Of a stretch of 64,000 nt of DNA, positions 10,301 through 20,207 are shown one piece after another. The notes beneath the pieces were generated by a model. It was given only the letters and a program-made list of their open reading frames with translations. It made no database searches and was not told the DNA's origin. How positions within the stretch are numbered: the stretch's first letter is position 1; each line of letters opens with the position of its first letter. The stretch comes from a virus. The DNA is taken from the IMG/VR virus record IMGVR_UViG_3300008113_005797, positions 5,634 to 69,633 of that record; one strand, written 5' to 3'. A program made the translations under genes and the position numbers.

Positions 10301-10772
10301 ATTTAACAACTATTTTATTTGTTACTGCAGTTTTTGCAGCAGGATATGAAGCTGTCAATATACAATTAGATAAAGATGTTCCAGTTGCCACTGGGGTGAC
10401 CCAGTACTTATAAATCATTTTTGAACCTGAAAAATATAATCTAGATGTAAAGTTGGCGGCTGTTTTATATTTATCAATAACTCCAGACGCTGCATCTTTG
10501 GTTAGACTTGGATCTCCTGCAATCATATATTTAATGCCTGCAAGTTTTGGGCGACGTGGATCAATAATAGATGTTATTGGGAATAGTTTTTCAAATGGCT
10601 TATAGGTATATCCGTCAACTGTTTTTGTTGCAGTCTTGACTCCTTCAGGGGCGTCTATACTAACGCCAGAAATTAAAGAGTTCATGTTATATTCAATCCA
10701 GCATCCATTTGTAATAGGCAAGGATTGTGCTTGTTCTAGTAAGTTAATTGTACTTTGTGTGGCAGATAACAT
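7374..10772 (-). CDS. large minor tail/baseplate hub protein
   Basis: ~1130 aa, second gene after the tape measure; C-terminal NPLIQIGDVVEI hub signature. Start moved to MLSAT (10772). Confidence 0.7.
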   Translation of the reverse strand: MLSATQSTINLLEQAQSLPITNGCWIEYNMNSLISGVSIDAPEGVKTATKTVDGYTYKPFEKLFPITSIIDPRRPKLAGIKYMIAGDPSLTKDAASGVIDKYKTAANFTSRLYFSGSKMIYKYWVTPVATGTSLSNCILTASYPAAKTAVTNKIVVKFETSHSKPVNWTVKTIGLTGTETTIATNIPVPDNGVVNLYYNGSSWSTTEFTEPSAGINISAVKIEISSLDTSGGYVGVIEISPRYVIDITNRLVSMTVNKSASDDISGIVPVGNVTSNSVYLEMNGYDRAYEYYDKTAPFNKNKINLYKDSVLNPFVVIGTEKIKLGKFYVESFSVSEFGEVSITALDGAKELQYIKPPDIVCDNMTSVAIIRRLLDSVGFTNYNFNLTTSDTTVISPYHWYTDQTKTVWDHIQDLCKDTQMIATFDEHDTLQFYPRDYIFKKDKVTNIKLRDRNIGTKLANISSLSIENVPSVKAVKIIYTPQLVSSYRGTGENLYDAPVITLGASALVNDVLPVQPSYTNNSGEVAAKGVVSCEPVITSGYNTVQYSFSGYLVIEKEIIEYDAIEYSYSEVDTGTIKYKWMTSDSDVAKYQGLSKPSSFKATNNYRIKTRNAFNVLGPISSSYTQSMLDKDMTHILGNSQDGWTQLEWNSATGNFTSSPGSMLTTSIPAYDPKGSDGQKMLYEGVSRSMATIFANDVTYVPPSDPNDPATDKYVPNTLYKIATTEAQYNSSSDKAFVIGTNMYFPLIVDKTTKQVTGNQMTTAGIAFSLNANNTSGYLLSISTTQNSNGDKTYRDVNFYKIVDGKPVAMTTSQKDEDGSIVTNINGGDLYKVEIKGLTIMNGSEENRVFKISLNGKIVGITDTSPIPLTNKIGIASLQGVTSFDYVYTASLTKEEFGSTSSFDAYAGFLSTNSAMVKTFSDFIFNKNDKAVTDVWLREFGPVARELKRITGRYTNSPGYPLYPVIVQNNDVTLVGSSLDPFTMDVFVMNNTGTFTSLSNGQEKSFVIVGNQITPSDAFEYIDPSLTDEDRSEEIAFDSLWIQKESEAIALSKWITEQWSKQQRVVSLETFINPLIQIGDVVEISYPANQLYSSEDVTPPYSAGKYVVLEVENNYDDISPPVTRLTCRSIYTG

Positions 10773-11233
10773 TATACTTCTTCCAGGCCTATAGATACAT
10801 CCCAAAACTCTTGTGGTGCGTCAGCAGAATTTTCTTTTACATTTCTTTTGATAATAGTAAATGAACATGAAGTAAAAGACATTAAAAGGATTTCGTCTCT
10901 AGCTACATTATTATTATATGATATTTTTACCTTAAATGTGTTTTTACCTTTTTCTCCAGAATAAAAATCTTTAATTGATTTTGCTCCGTATCCCCCGTCT
11001 ACCGTAGATGCATCATTTGTTGGCAACATGCTCCAGCTAGTGCTAATAGATCTTTTATCAGCAATGTGCACTTTCCTTAAGGCTCCACCAGACATTCTTT
11101 GTGTCTTTTCAATTCTTTCAATATTTATAGAAATAGGAGACCTGTTGTGTTCAGATAGTTTTTGCCATGAAGGAGTGTCCGTGCTAGAGATATCTAAATA
11201 CAGGGCTGAGCCTACTGGTAAAGTTAATGTCAT
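10772..11233 (-). CDS. distal tail (Dit-like) protein
   Basis: Immediately follows the tape measure; RMSGGALR and SIGLEEV end. Confidence 0.6.
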   Translation of the reverse strand: MTLTLPVGSALYLDISSTDTPSWQKLSEHNRSPISINIERIEKTQRMSGGALRKVHIADKRSISTSWSMLPTNDASTVDGGYGAKSIKDFYSGEKGKNTFKVKISYNNNVARDEILLMSFTSCSFTIIKRNVKENSADAPQEFWDVSIGLEEV

Positions 11234-14200
11234 GTTTTAATACTCACATTCATTGGGTTTCCTACTATTTTAGCATTTAGCTTAGCATCTTGTCCAATAG
11301 CTTGCTTAGTCATCGACACCACTTGTCTAACAAAGGCATCAGTGTTCATTCCTTCAGATGGATAAATGTTTTGTGTCAAATTTATAACACCAGTTGCAGA
11401 AGATTGATGTACTGGTTCCAGCATCTTAGATGCCTGCTTGACATCATATCTAGGTGTGGAGTATGGTATTTTAGCCATGTTAGGAATAATCATTCCTCCA
11501 AATGCCATTTCTGGTCCACGATCTCCAACGATTGTAGGAACCTTTGGATTAAGCTTCATTGTTCCGTACCCAGCTTTTTCAACTCTCATTGTTCTAAGGT
11601 ATGCGTTATCCACTCCAGTAATTCTATACTTTTGATTACCTTGTGTAAATACACTTCCGACTGAAGAATCGATACCTTGTGCTAGCAAAGACATTGAATC
11701 TATTGTCATTATTTGTTTTGCTGTGGAGCCTTTGCCAACCGTAACACTTTTAACTCCAGGGTTTGATGCTGTAGCTTTAAATACTGTATTTGCCGTTCCC
11801 TTTACATCCATCTTTTTATTATTAATGTAAATGTCTCCAGTCATAGACTTTACCTCAATACCCTTTGCAGACAACCCTTTTGTAACCGCATCGTTTACTC
11901 CACCTAATAATCCAAGAGCTTGATCAGTTACATCTACTGGAGTAAGTCTGGCCTTAGGGTGTGTTGGCTGCTTAACCTTAGGTATAAATCCAGGACGTGC
12001 TGTTTCTGCAACACCGACTAGCCCTGCTGCGTCTTGTCTTCCAGCATTAGGGTTTTCGTCAGTTCCAGTTTTTAAATAATCTTTAAGCTCTTTACCTGCA
12101 GCAATTGCATTTATTGCTAGAGTGGTCATTGCCTTGTTGACATCATCAATCTTTTGTCTTTCTGTTGCAATTTTTTTATTTAGCTTGTCTAACTCTACTG
12201 CAGCAAGGGCGGCGTTGTCGCTAAGTTTTTGCTGTCCGTCATTAATTGATTGTATTCTAGCTTCTAGGGGAGCATTTGTGCGCTTAAGCGCATCTTCAAT
12301 TGCTTTCTTTTGAGCATTGTACTGCATTGTAGACTCTAGCTGCTTAACATCTAAACCAGCTTGCTGTGCGGTTGCTGTATCGCCTCTTGCTATAGCAGCA
12401 TCGTATTCTATTTTCTTTTTAGCAATTTCATTAGCTAGATCGGATTCTTGTTTCGCTGCGTCAAGCGCTCTCAACCTTGAATCTGCAAGCTTATTGTTAG
12501 CATCTATTTGCTTTTGTAAATTCTTAAGTTGCTCTCTAGTATTTATTTGCGCCTTAACGCTTTGACCTTTAGCTGCATTTTCTAAAACCTTTTGTTGATC
12601 TGTTAACCTCTTTAAATTTGCATAATTTTCTTTTAAGAACCCACCCTTGTTTGCTGCGGTTATAGATTGAGATACGGCATCTGCTACTTTTGAAAGAGTG
12701 CTTACAGCCTCTGCTCCTAGTTTTGAAAGGTCTCCAGTAAAACCCTTAGCAGCAAGATTCATTTTTTCAAATAAGCTGACAACTGTGTCTGCAGGGTTTA
12801 TAATCTTTTTTAGCTCTGGATTTTGCTTAATCATTTCTTCTCTAGTTTTTGCAGTTAAAACAGCTCTAGAGGATTCTAGTTTATTTAGTTTATTAAGCAT
12901 AGCTTCTTGCGCTTGATATTGAGTTAATGCTTTTGTATTGCCAGTTTTATCTGCTTTAGCAGCTTTTTTACTTTGCTCAACCATATCTAAAATTCCAGCA
13001 TCTATAGCATTTAGACCTGTACTTACTGCTTGAGCCCCTTCACGACCACCTTCTGCTGAGGCAGGGACGTAGTTGTCTATTGCGGCAACTGCTGCGTCTT
13101 GTCCAGTTTTAATATTTCTAAATGCACGATTGCCTACAGTAAAAGCTCCAGCTTTTTCTGCTTGATCTGACATCTTAAACATTGCAAATATTTTTTTACT
13201 TGCTTCATCTGCTGACAATCCAGCAGCCATTAATGCAGTTTTTATATCTATTGCTACTTGTGGAAGATCGGACGCTTTAGATTGATTAATTAATTTAATC
13301 TGATCAGAGTATACTTCGGTAACCTCTTTTTTAAGTTTCTTATACTCTTGAATTGTCATAGATATTGGCATACCAGAATCTTGCATGCTTTCGTAAAGCA
13401 ACTGATTTCTTTCTCTTATTGCCTCTATGTTTTTAACTGTGTCTGCAAGTTTTGAATTGTAATCAGTAAACTTAAGTCCTGCTTTTTTGGCAGCTTCTTC
13501 TGTTAATCCGTATTGGGTTATTCCGACTCTTAAGTGTTCATTATGATCTTTTATTCTTCTATTAATAATAGCAAATGTTGTAGCAGCTATTGCAACTCCA
13601 ACATTTAATCTAGTAACAGCCATTCTTGCCATTGCGCCAAATCTAGCAAGTTTACTTGTGCTATTGGCAGCAGCTTCAAGTTTTGCTCCGTAAGCAGTTA
13701 AAGCTCTTGAATTACCTGGGTGTGCACCGACGATAGGAAGCTGTTCTACTGCTCTAGTTGCTCCCATTGGTGCTCTCATCTTGCTCATAGAAGCTATTGG
13801 AGTCTTTGCTCCACCGCCACCCATGCCCATAGCACCCATACCAAGCATTGAGCCTAGCATTCCGCCCATCATGTCTCCTCCAGGAAGTCCTGTCATCTTA
13901 CCTAATGCTGAGCCACCTTGGAATCCGAGTAGCTGCATAATCATCATCTTAATGAATCCACCAGCGTTATATCCTTGAGGTATAGGGGTTTGATTAGGAA
14001 CAATTCCACCAGCATTCTTTGGAACAAATATTTCTGGTCCCTTTTCTCCTACAAGATATGGCTTGCCAGCGTTTACTGGTCCACCCATTTCTCTTGGCTG
14101 TATTTCAAATATTAATTTCTTTAATGCTTCTGTCATTGGAGTATCTTTTTTAGAATCCCAATTCATATATTTCTTTCTTAATATATCTTTATCAATAGGA

Positions 14201-17200
14201 GAAAGCTGTTTAACTATGCTTCTGTCTGATATTAGATTGCTTGCAGCCATTCTAATAACAGCATCAAGTGAGTCTGGCTCTAGGCCATTCTTTAATGTGC
14301 CATCAGGCATCTTAACATATCCATATGGCTTTTCTTTTGCTAATTCTGCAGCAAACTTATCATACAAATGTTTTTGTGTATTTTTTCTTAATCCGCTATT
14401 TGCAAAAAGCTTTTCTGCCATTTCAATTGAAAGAGAGTTTACTCCCCAAGGAGCTGACTCATACATGCTTGGCTTCGGTGCACCAGTTGGACCAAAGCCT
14501 GCCCCAATTCTGTGCATCGCTTTACCCTTAAGTACATTTCCAATCATTCCGCCAATATTAAATCCATTTGCCTGAGTTTTAAAATCGTTGTCAGAAAGAC
14601 TTGCTGATAATCCTTTTTGTCTACGCTTTAGTTCATCAGCTGCAATCATCTTAGCAATAGCGGCAGGTGTCATTGTTTTTTCTGGCGCTATCTTTAATGA
14701 AGAATGAACTCCATGAAGATCTTGATAAGTTTGTCTTCTGGCTTCATCTAATCTATCAATCATTTTATTATAAACAATTTTTTCTTCTGAGTTTAAGGTG
14801 AATGTTGATATGGTTTTCTTTAGCTGAGGAAGAGCCCTATTAATTTCTTCAAGCATGCGATCATTATATTGATCTGCTGTCATTCCTTGTGGAATATCTG
14901 CAGTAGACTCCGCAAAGAATTTCTTTGCGCCGCTTCCCTTTACACCCATTAAATTAACTAATGCTTGGTGTTTAAACGAAGGAATGGTTGCAGAGTAATC
15001 TCTTGGACCTGACGCTGTTGCAAAAACTCCAGCGGGCCCAACGTCTGCAAGAATATTTCCAGAAAGATTGCCTCTTCCTAAATCTTTATCTCCACGTAAT
15101 GCTGATGCAACTAATTGTCTAAAATATTGATCTTCGTCAAACTTACCATCTTGATTAGCTATAGCAGGATTGTATTTAGACTCAAGAGCAAGTAATTTTC
15201 TTTTACCTGTTGGATCTGTTGGGTCTCTCATAACAACAACCTTTTGATTAGGGGTCTGTAGTCCATGCACTTCACGGGCGATTTGTGTTGCTCTTATTTC
15301 AGCAAGAGCAGCCTTTTCATCTAGGACTGGCTTAACAAAAACCTTATCGCCACCCTTAGAATACAGCCCTCCAATTCCAGCAACTGGGAAACTTCTACCA
15401 GAGGTTGGCTCTATCAGTTCATCATAACTAGTTACTGGAGATTTGCTAAATCTTGAATTTGATACTGCTTGGCTAGCTTTTTCCATTGCAGTTTTTGCTG
15501 CTCTTTGTGCCTCTACCTGTTTAATTGTTCTAGGCATTCCTAAGAACAGTCTACCGCCGCCAAATAATTTTTGTGCAAACTGGCCTGAGATTTGCCCGCC
15601 TTCATTTGCCGCAATTTCCTGTTTGATGGGAAGCTTTTGTCCTTTTGTTAAAAGCATTCTGAGCATCTTAGTAATCATATGACCACGCTCAATAACTGGC
15701 ATACGCTTTATAAGGTTTGATGCATTTCCGTAATTTAGTTGTTTTGCTAATACGTCTGAGATTCTTTGAGCTGATTGTTGATACAGAGGAACTCTATCTA
15801 CAAATTTACCAGCTGTCATTCTAGATAAATGATTAGTAAAGGTGTTAATTGTGCTTGATCCAGCTTGAGCTAGGTACGCATTACCTCTAGTTCTATTGCT
15901 CCTTATTTTTCCGTCTTCTTCTGTAAAGAAATTTCTATCTTTGTCTAAATGCTCTGATGCATAATCAAAAGTTTTATCTGGTCTAGTAAATGAGTTAATA
16001 ACTTTTTGCATAGATACTTGATCTATGTCTGGTCTGGACATAAATGTAGAAATTAAACTCCTGGTCGGAAGAACTGCTCCAATTTGTGGTCTTCCCCCAG
16101 GCTTTAACTCAGAAGGCTTGTCTTTCCAAAGCAAATCTTTATATTTTGCCTTAGATACACTTCCATCTTTATTTGTTATACTTCTTCCCATGCCCTGCAT
16201 GTCAATGAAGTCTTGCATTTTTCTTGCCTGTTCAATTCTTATTGAATTAAATAATTGTCTGTTTACTCTTCCAGTTTTTAAATCTTTTGATTTAGACAAA
16301 GCCTCTTCATAATCTCTTTTAGCCATTGAGATTGCTTCGTCTTCAGAAAAACCAATGTTATTAAGTACAGCTGAGTCATGTAAGATAACTCTATTCTTTA
16401 ATGTTGAATCGTAGTTGCTATCGGCATTTCTTTCAAGCCATGCCTTTAAGCCTTCCATGAAATTTTGAGAAATTCCTCCGCCAATATTTCTACCCATTCC
16501 AGATGTATTTCCTGGTCCGCCATTCAAAGCATACATTAATGGCATATTGTTCTGTGCAATATTTGGTGGTATGACTGCCTCACCAGGAGTAAGAACTACA
16601 GGAACTTGTCCCCCAGTATTTCTAAATACTGGTCTTCCTCCAAGAAGGTTTTCAATTACTGGCATGTTTGCTTCTGTTCCAGCTTTGTTAATTACAAATG
16701 CTCCAGCCTCGGCTGTTGTGTGGTATGTATCAGTGTTTCCAGTTCCTGGTACTATTCCACCCTTTGCAAACTTTGGCTTTGTTGTTTGAATGTTATACCC
16801 TGCACCTGATGTTCTTACTCCGCCAAGTGCTCTTGCAATTCTATCTGCTATTTCTTTTGTAGATCCTTTATGAAACATCTCTTTCATATTTGATTTTCCA
16901 GTTGCTGGGTCTACTACAGGCTGTGATGTTAGTGGGACAGTTGTTAGATTTATAGTTCTGCCTTGACCAGCCGCTATTTTTTGAGAAGTTTCGGCAAGCA
17001 TTGCTTCAACTGTTGCATTTAATTGAATTACTTTTAATCTTGCCTCATCGGCTGTTATCTTACTTTGCTGAAGCTGTCTGACAATTAATGCCGTTTCTTG
17101 TGCAGCAAGTTCTGTAATTTCTGAAAATTCTGGTAGCAGGGCTTGATAAGAATCAGATAAGCTTGATGTAATTGTTCCTGTTGCCATAACTTCTTTTTTC

Positions 17201-19473
17201 AACAAAGTTATTTCTGCTTCTGATTGCATTGCAATTGCTGCTGTCATTGCATGCCATTTTGCAGCTTCTTGAGAAACTATACCCGTAGATATACCGTTAA
17301 CAGAAGTTACTCCTGGAATCTTTGGCAAATCTTGATTCATATAAGCTTGAGGATTTTTTCCAATTCTAACGTTTACTGGACCTGCGCCTGGGACTGTGCC
17401 AAATATAGTTCCCATCTGAGGGCTTCCAGCAGGAATCATGTGGGACATATCTCTTGAATACGGCTGTCCAATTAATGGATTATTTTTATCAACCATTCTT
17501 CCACTTGGATTACCTGCGGCAATTACATTACCAGCAATGGTAGAAATTCCTGGCTGTACCGCAACCTTAGCGGCGTTTGCTTTCATCTCAAGACTATCAA
17601 AAGATGCTGCAAGAGTATTTACTGCATTTGTTAAAACAACAGTAGCTTCTGCGTCGCTGTAGAATGTTGTACTTAAACCTTGTGCCGCAGCATTAGCTGC
17701 TATTATTTCTGGAGTAAGTAGCTTAAATCCCTTTCCTCCTGAAGCCATCTGCCTTAATGAGAATATTCCCTTTGTGACATAACCAATAAAGTTTGCCATA
17801 ACACCAGTTAACATAATAAGTGGTCCAGCAAATGCAGTTAATCCACCAAGTGCGTTTAAAAATGTTTTTACTGGTCCTGGTAATCCTCGGAAGAATTTAA
17901 TTATTCCGTCTACTACTTCTAAAACCTTTGTGCTAATTTTTAAGAATTGCTCTCCAACGCTTGCAAGATCTGCTTGAACTGAAGCAAGTGCTCTTTTAAA
18001 TTTTCCAGAAGCGGATTCGGTTATCATTCCTAATTCTCGTTCTGCAATACCTGCAAGCTCTGCAGTGCTAGCGCCCATTAGCTCCATAACCTGAACGGTT
18101 TGAGATCCTTCTCTTCCTATATTTTCAAAAAGTGCTGAGAGTCTTGCGTACTGGAATTTACCAAAAAGTTGTTCTATGGCTCTTGATTTACTTAAAGGGT
18201 CTAGCGTGTCTAGGGCTGCCTGAAGATCTAAGATGGTATCCGTTAGGTTTCCAGCATTGGAAGTCACAATACTATCTAGATCAATTCCAAATCCAGTAAA
18301 TAATTCTTTTGCAACTTTTGTTGGGTTAATAAGAGATGCCATTGCTGACTTAATTGCATTAGCACCTTCAGATGCATTTACTCCGCCTTCTTTCATTGCT
18401 GTTAGATACAGAGCTAAATCTTGAACGTCTCCTCCTAGAGACTTTACAACTGGCCCAGCTTTAGGGATTGCTTCAACTAAATCTTGTAGAGAAGTAGAGG
18501 TTTGGTTTTCAACTGCGTTAAGGAAGTTAATTGATTCGGATAGCTCTTCTGTATTTTGTTTAAATGCATTTTGAATAGCAAGGGTTGCTTTCATAGCTTC
18601 TTGTCTATCAATTTCTCCAAGCACTGCAAGTCTCGATGTTTCTCTTGTTGCTTCTAGAAGCTCTGTTCCTTGCTGTCCTGTTGCAGCTAAATCCGCAGCC
18701 AGTGCAATTGTATCTTTAAAAGCAAGACCATACGAACCTGCAAGTTCTCTTGCTGTATCTGAAACATCTTTTCTTACTTGAGCTAGCTCTGCAGATGATA
18801 CTGCAGCTAGTCCGCCATAAACTTTTGTTAATCTAACTAATTCTTCGTCTGCAGCTCTAAATGCTTTTTGTGCAGCAGCACCAAATGCCATAAGCGGAAC
18901 AGTTAGTCCTACGGTTAACTGACGACCAGCCCATTGCGTATTTTTACCCCAGTTGATAAGCTGGTTAGATCCGTCAAGCATAACCTTGTTCATGATGGCT
19001 AGCTCTTGTCTTGCAATTGCTGTCTTATTTTTTACTTCATCTAATCCCTTTGCAACCATTACGTTGTATTGCATTAGGCCCTGTGCGTTTTTGCCGACTG
19101 GTTGAACTATAGCATTCTGAAGCATTACCTGCTGCTTAGCTAGGTCACGAATTAGTGTGCTTGTTTTCTTTGTGTGTCCATTCCAAGCATTGTAGTATTG
19201 ACCTAGCTTTAGCCTGCCTGAGTCTAAATTTTTACCAAATTTTTCTACATCTGAGGTAAGGGAAACAAAGTGCGATGAAAACTGTCCTGTTGAACGCATT
19301 GTTTCTGCGAAGGACTTGTTCATTACTGCAATTTGATTTGCAAGTTTTGCGTTTGTTCCTGCTGTTGTTTCTTGCAGTTTTACGAGTTGGGAAGTAACCG
19401 CAGCTAGCTGAGTTCTTAAACTCGTAAAGTCTGCGTTGGCGGTAATATTGGTAGTTATTATATTATCTGCCAT
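11230..19473 (-). CDS. tape measure protein with inserted cargo domains
   Basis: 2747 aa; TP901-like TMP core, hydrophobic segments, GEKGPE motifs; follows the tail chaperones. Confidence 0.92.
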   Translation of the reverse strand: MADNIITTNITANADFTSLRTQLAAVTSQLVKLQETTAGTNAKLANQIAVMNKSFAETMRSTGQFSSHFVSLTSDVEKFGKNLDSGRLKLGQYYNAWNGHTKKTSTLIRDLAKQQVMLQNAIVQPVGKNAQGLMQYNVMVAKGLDEVKNKTAIARQELAIMNKVMLDGSNQLINWGKNTQWAGRQLTVGLTVPLMAFGAAAQKAFRAADEELVRLTKVYGGLAAVSSAELAQVRKDVSDTARELAGSYGLAFKDTIALAADLAATGQQGTELLEATRETSRLAVLGEIDRQEAMKATLAIQNAFKQNTEELSESINFLNAVENQTSTSLQDLVEAIPKAGPVVKSLGGDVQDLALYLTAMKEGGVNASEGANAIKSAMASLINPTKVAKELFTGFGIDLDSIVTSNAGNLTDTILDLQAALDTLDPLSKSRAIEQLFGKFQYARLSALFENIGREGSQTVQVMELMGASTAELAGIAERELGMITESASGKFKRALASVQADLASVGEQFLKISTKVLEVVDGIIKFFRGLPGPVKTFLNALGGLTAFAGPLIMLTGVMANFIGYVTKGIFSLRQMASGGKGFKLLTPEIIAANAAAQGLSTTFYSDAEATVVLTNAVNTLAASFDSLEMKANAAKVAVQPGISTIAGNVIAAGNPSGRMVDKNNPLIGQPYSRDMSHMIPAGSPQMGTIFGTVPGAGPVNVRIGKNPQAYMNQDLPKIPGVTSVNGISTGIVSQEAAKWHAMTAAIAMQSEAEITLLKKEVMATGTITSSLSDSYQALLPEFSEITELAAQETALIVRQLQQSKITADEARLKVIQLNATVEAMLAETSQKIAAGQGRTINLTTVPLTSQPVVDPATGKSNMKEMFHKGSTKEIADRIARALGGVRTSGAGYNIQTTKPKFAKGGIVPGTGNTDTYHTTAEAGAFVINKAGTEANMPVIENLLGGRPVFRNTGGQVPVVLTPGEAVIPPNIAQNNMPLMYALNGGPGNTSGMGRNIGGGISQNFMEGLKAWLERNADSNYDSTLKNRVILHDSAVLNNIGFSEDEAISMAKRDYEEALSKSKDLKTGRVNRQLFNSIRIEQARKMQDFIDMQGMGRSITNKDGSVSKAKYKDLLWKDKPSELKPGGRPQIGAVLPTRSLISTFMSRPDIDQVSMQKVINSFTRPDKTFDYASEHLDKDRNFFTEEDGKIRSNRTRGNAYLAQAGSSTINTFTNHLSRMTAGKFVDRVPLYQQSAQRISDVLAKQLNYGNASNLIKRMPVIERGHMITKMLRMLLTKGQKLPIKQEIAANEGGQISGQFAQKLFGGGRLFLGMPRTIKQVEAQRAAKTAMEKASQAVSNSRFSKSPVTSYDELIEPTSGRSFPVAGIGGLYSKGGDKVFVKPVLDEKAALAEIRATQIAREVHGLQTPNQKVVVMRDPTDPTGKRKLLALESKYNPAIANQDGKFDEDQYFRQLVASALRGDKDLGRGNLSGNILADVGPAGVFATASGPRDYSATIPSFKHQALVNLMGVKGSGAKKFFAESTADIPQGMTADQYNDRMLEEINRALPQLKKTISTFTLNSEEKIVYNKMIDRLDEARRQTYQDLHGVHSSLKIAPEKTMTPAAIAKMIAADELKRRQKGLSASLSDNDFKTQANGFNIGGMIGNVLKGKAMHRIGAGFGPTGAPKPSMYESAPWGVNSLSIEMAEKLFANSGLRKNTQKHLYDKFAAELAKEKPYGYVKMPDGTLKNGLEPDSLDAVIRMAASNLISDRSIVKQLSPIDKDILRKKYMNWDSKKDTPMTEALKKLIFEIQPREMGGPVNAGKPYLVGEKGPEIFVPKNAGGIVPNQTPIPQGYNAGGFIKMMIMQLLGFQGGSALGKMTGLPGGDMMGGMLGSMLGMGAMGMGGGGAKTPIASMSKMRAPMGATRAVEQLPIVGAHPGNSRALTAYGAKLEAAANSTSKLARFGAMARMAVTRLNVGVAIAATTFAIINRRIKDHNEHLRVGITQYGLTEEAAKKAGLKFTDYNSKLADTVKNIEAIRERNQLLYESMQDSGMPISMTIQEYKKLKKEVTEVYSDQIKLINQSKASDLPQVAIDIKTALMAAGLSADEASKKIFAMFKMSDQAEKAGAFTVGNRAFRNIKTGQDAAVAAIDNYVPASAEGGREGAQAVSTGLNAIDAGILDMVEQSKKAAKADKTGNTKALTQYQAQEAMLNKLNKLESSRAVLTAKTREEMIKQNPELKKIINPADTVVSLFEKMNLAAKGFTGDLSKLGAEAVSTLSKVADAVSQSITAANKGGFLKENYANLKRLTDQQKVLENAAKGQSVKAQINTREQLKNLQKQIDANNKLADSRLRALDAAKQESDLANEIAKKKIEYDAAIARGDTATAQQAGLDVKQLESTMQYNAQKKAIEDALKRTNAPLEARIQSINDGQQKLSDNAALAAVELDKLNKKIATERQKIDDVNKAMTTLAINAIAAGKELKDYLKTGTDENPNAGRQDAAGLVGVAETARPGFIPKVKQPTHPKARLTPVDVTDQALGLLGGVNDAVTKGLSAKGIEVKSMTGDIYINNKKMDVKGTANTVFKATASNPGVKSVTVGKGSTAKQIMTIDSMSLLAQGIDSSVGSVFTQGNQKYRITGVDNAYLRTMRVEKAGYGTMKLNPKVPTIVGDRGPEMAFGGMIIPNMAKIPYSTPRYDVKQASKMLEPVHQSSATGVINLTQNIYPSEGMNTDAFVRQVVSMTKQAIGQDAKLNAKIVGNPMNVSIKT

Positions 19474-19482
19474 ATATATATG

Positions 19483-19857
19483 TTACTCTATTCGGTATCC
19501 TAATCCAGCCCCAATGCCAAAACCAGCTTCGCTAGCAAATGAGCCTTGTAACGAAACAACATCATCTGCTGATGCGTTTATGCCAAGTGCTCGTCTTTTG
19601 ACATCTTCGAAAGAAGACCCCTCCTCATTTTTACTGCTATTATCATTTAGCTCAATGCCTTGAATTGAAGCCAAGAATGTTCTTTTCTCTAATTCAGTTT
19701 TTTGCATTGACTTAAAAGTCTGGACCATCTCTGGCATTGAAAGACTATCTTCTAGTTCTTCGTAATTTTTCCAATTACCTAAAAGAAATACTTCCCCTTC
19801 TAAAGCGGCTAGATCTAGTTCTGTCCAGCCAGTACTGCTGCCGCTAGTTGGTTTGGG
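19483..19857 (-). CDS. tail assembly chaperone, -1 frameshift extension (gpT-like)
   Basis: The frame is open from the slippery site through PTSGSSTGWTELDLAALEGEVFLLGNWKNYEELEDSLS into the listed 19483..19737 ORF. Confidence 0.8.
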   Translation of the reverse strand, partial: PKPTSGSSTGWTELDLAALEGEVFLLGNWKNYEELEDSLSMPEMVQTFKSMQKTELEKRTFLASIQGIELNDNSSKNEEGSSFEDVKRRALGINASADDVVSLQGSFASEAGFGIGAGLGYRIE

Positions 19858-20147
19858 TCGTCCATCTTAATTCCTCCGCAAATTTCAAGAATGCGGTTAA
19901 TAGTTGGTACGTCAAGCGTGTCTTCAAAAGCATCTATATCTTTAACTAACTCAGGCAATTGCTTTTCTAGGGCCACTGCACATGCCTCGATAAGTATGCT
20001 AAGAGTTTCGTCTTCTGTTGTTACTTCTTGTGTTCTTGCAATGACTTTCATAAACTTACGTAGCTCTTTAATTGTTAAAGGCTTAAGTTTAACTGTTGCG
20101 CCATTTTGTAGCTGAATTTCTTCAACATCGTATACTGTTGTTGCCAT
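19815..20147 (-). CDS. tail assembly chaperone (gpG-like)
   Basis: Lies between the major tail and tape measure genes; LKPLTIKELRKF; contains the C CCA AAC slippery site. Confidence 0.8.
   Translation of the reverse strand: MATTVYDVEEIQLQNGATVKLKPLTIKELRKFMKVIARTQEVTTEDETLSILIEACAVALEKQLPELVKDIDAFEDTLDVPTINRILEICGGIKMDDPNQLAAAVLAGQN
19851..19857 (-). other. programmed -1 ribosomal frameshift site C CCA AAC
   Basis: X XXY YYZ heptamer in frame; the -1 frame is open to 19483. Confidence 0.8.
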
Positions 20148-20207
20148 TTAATCCTCCTAGGATCTAGTCTTAATTATTGTATCATATTCAAAATACCAGA
20201 GCAATAG

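Noticed and set aside
11230-19473. ADP-ribosyltransferase or peptidoglycan hydrolase domain in the TMP
   Set aside because: I could not see R-STS-ExE, SLT or M23 motifs; the recognisable cargo is kinase-like.
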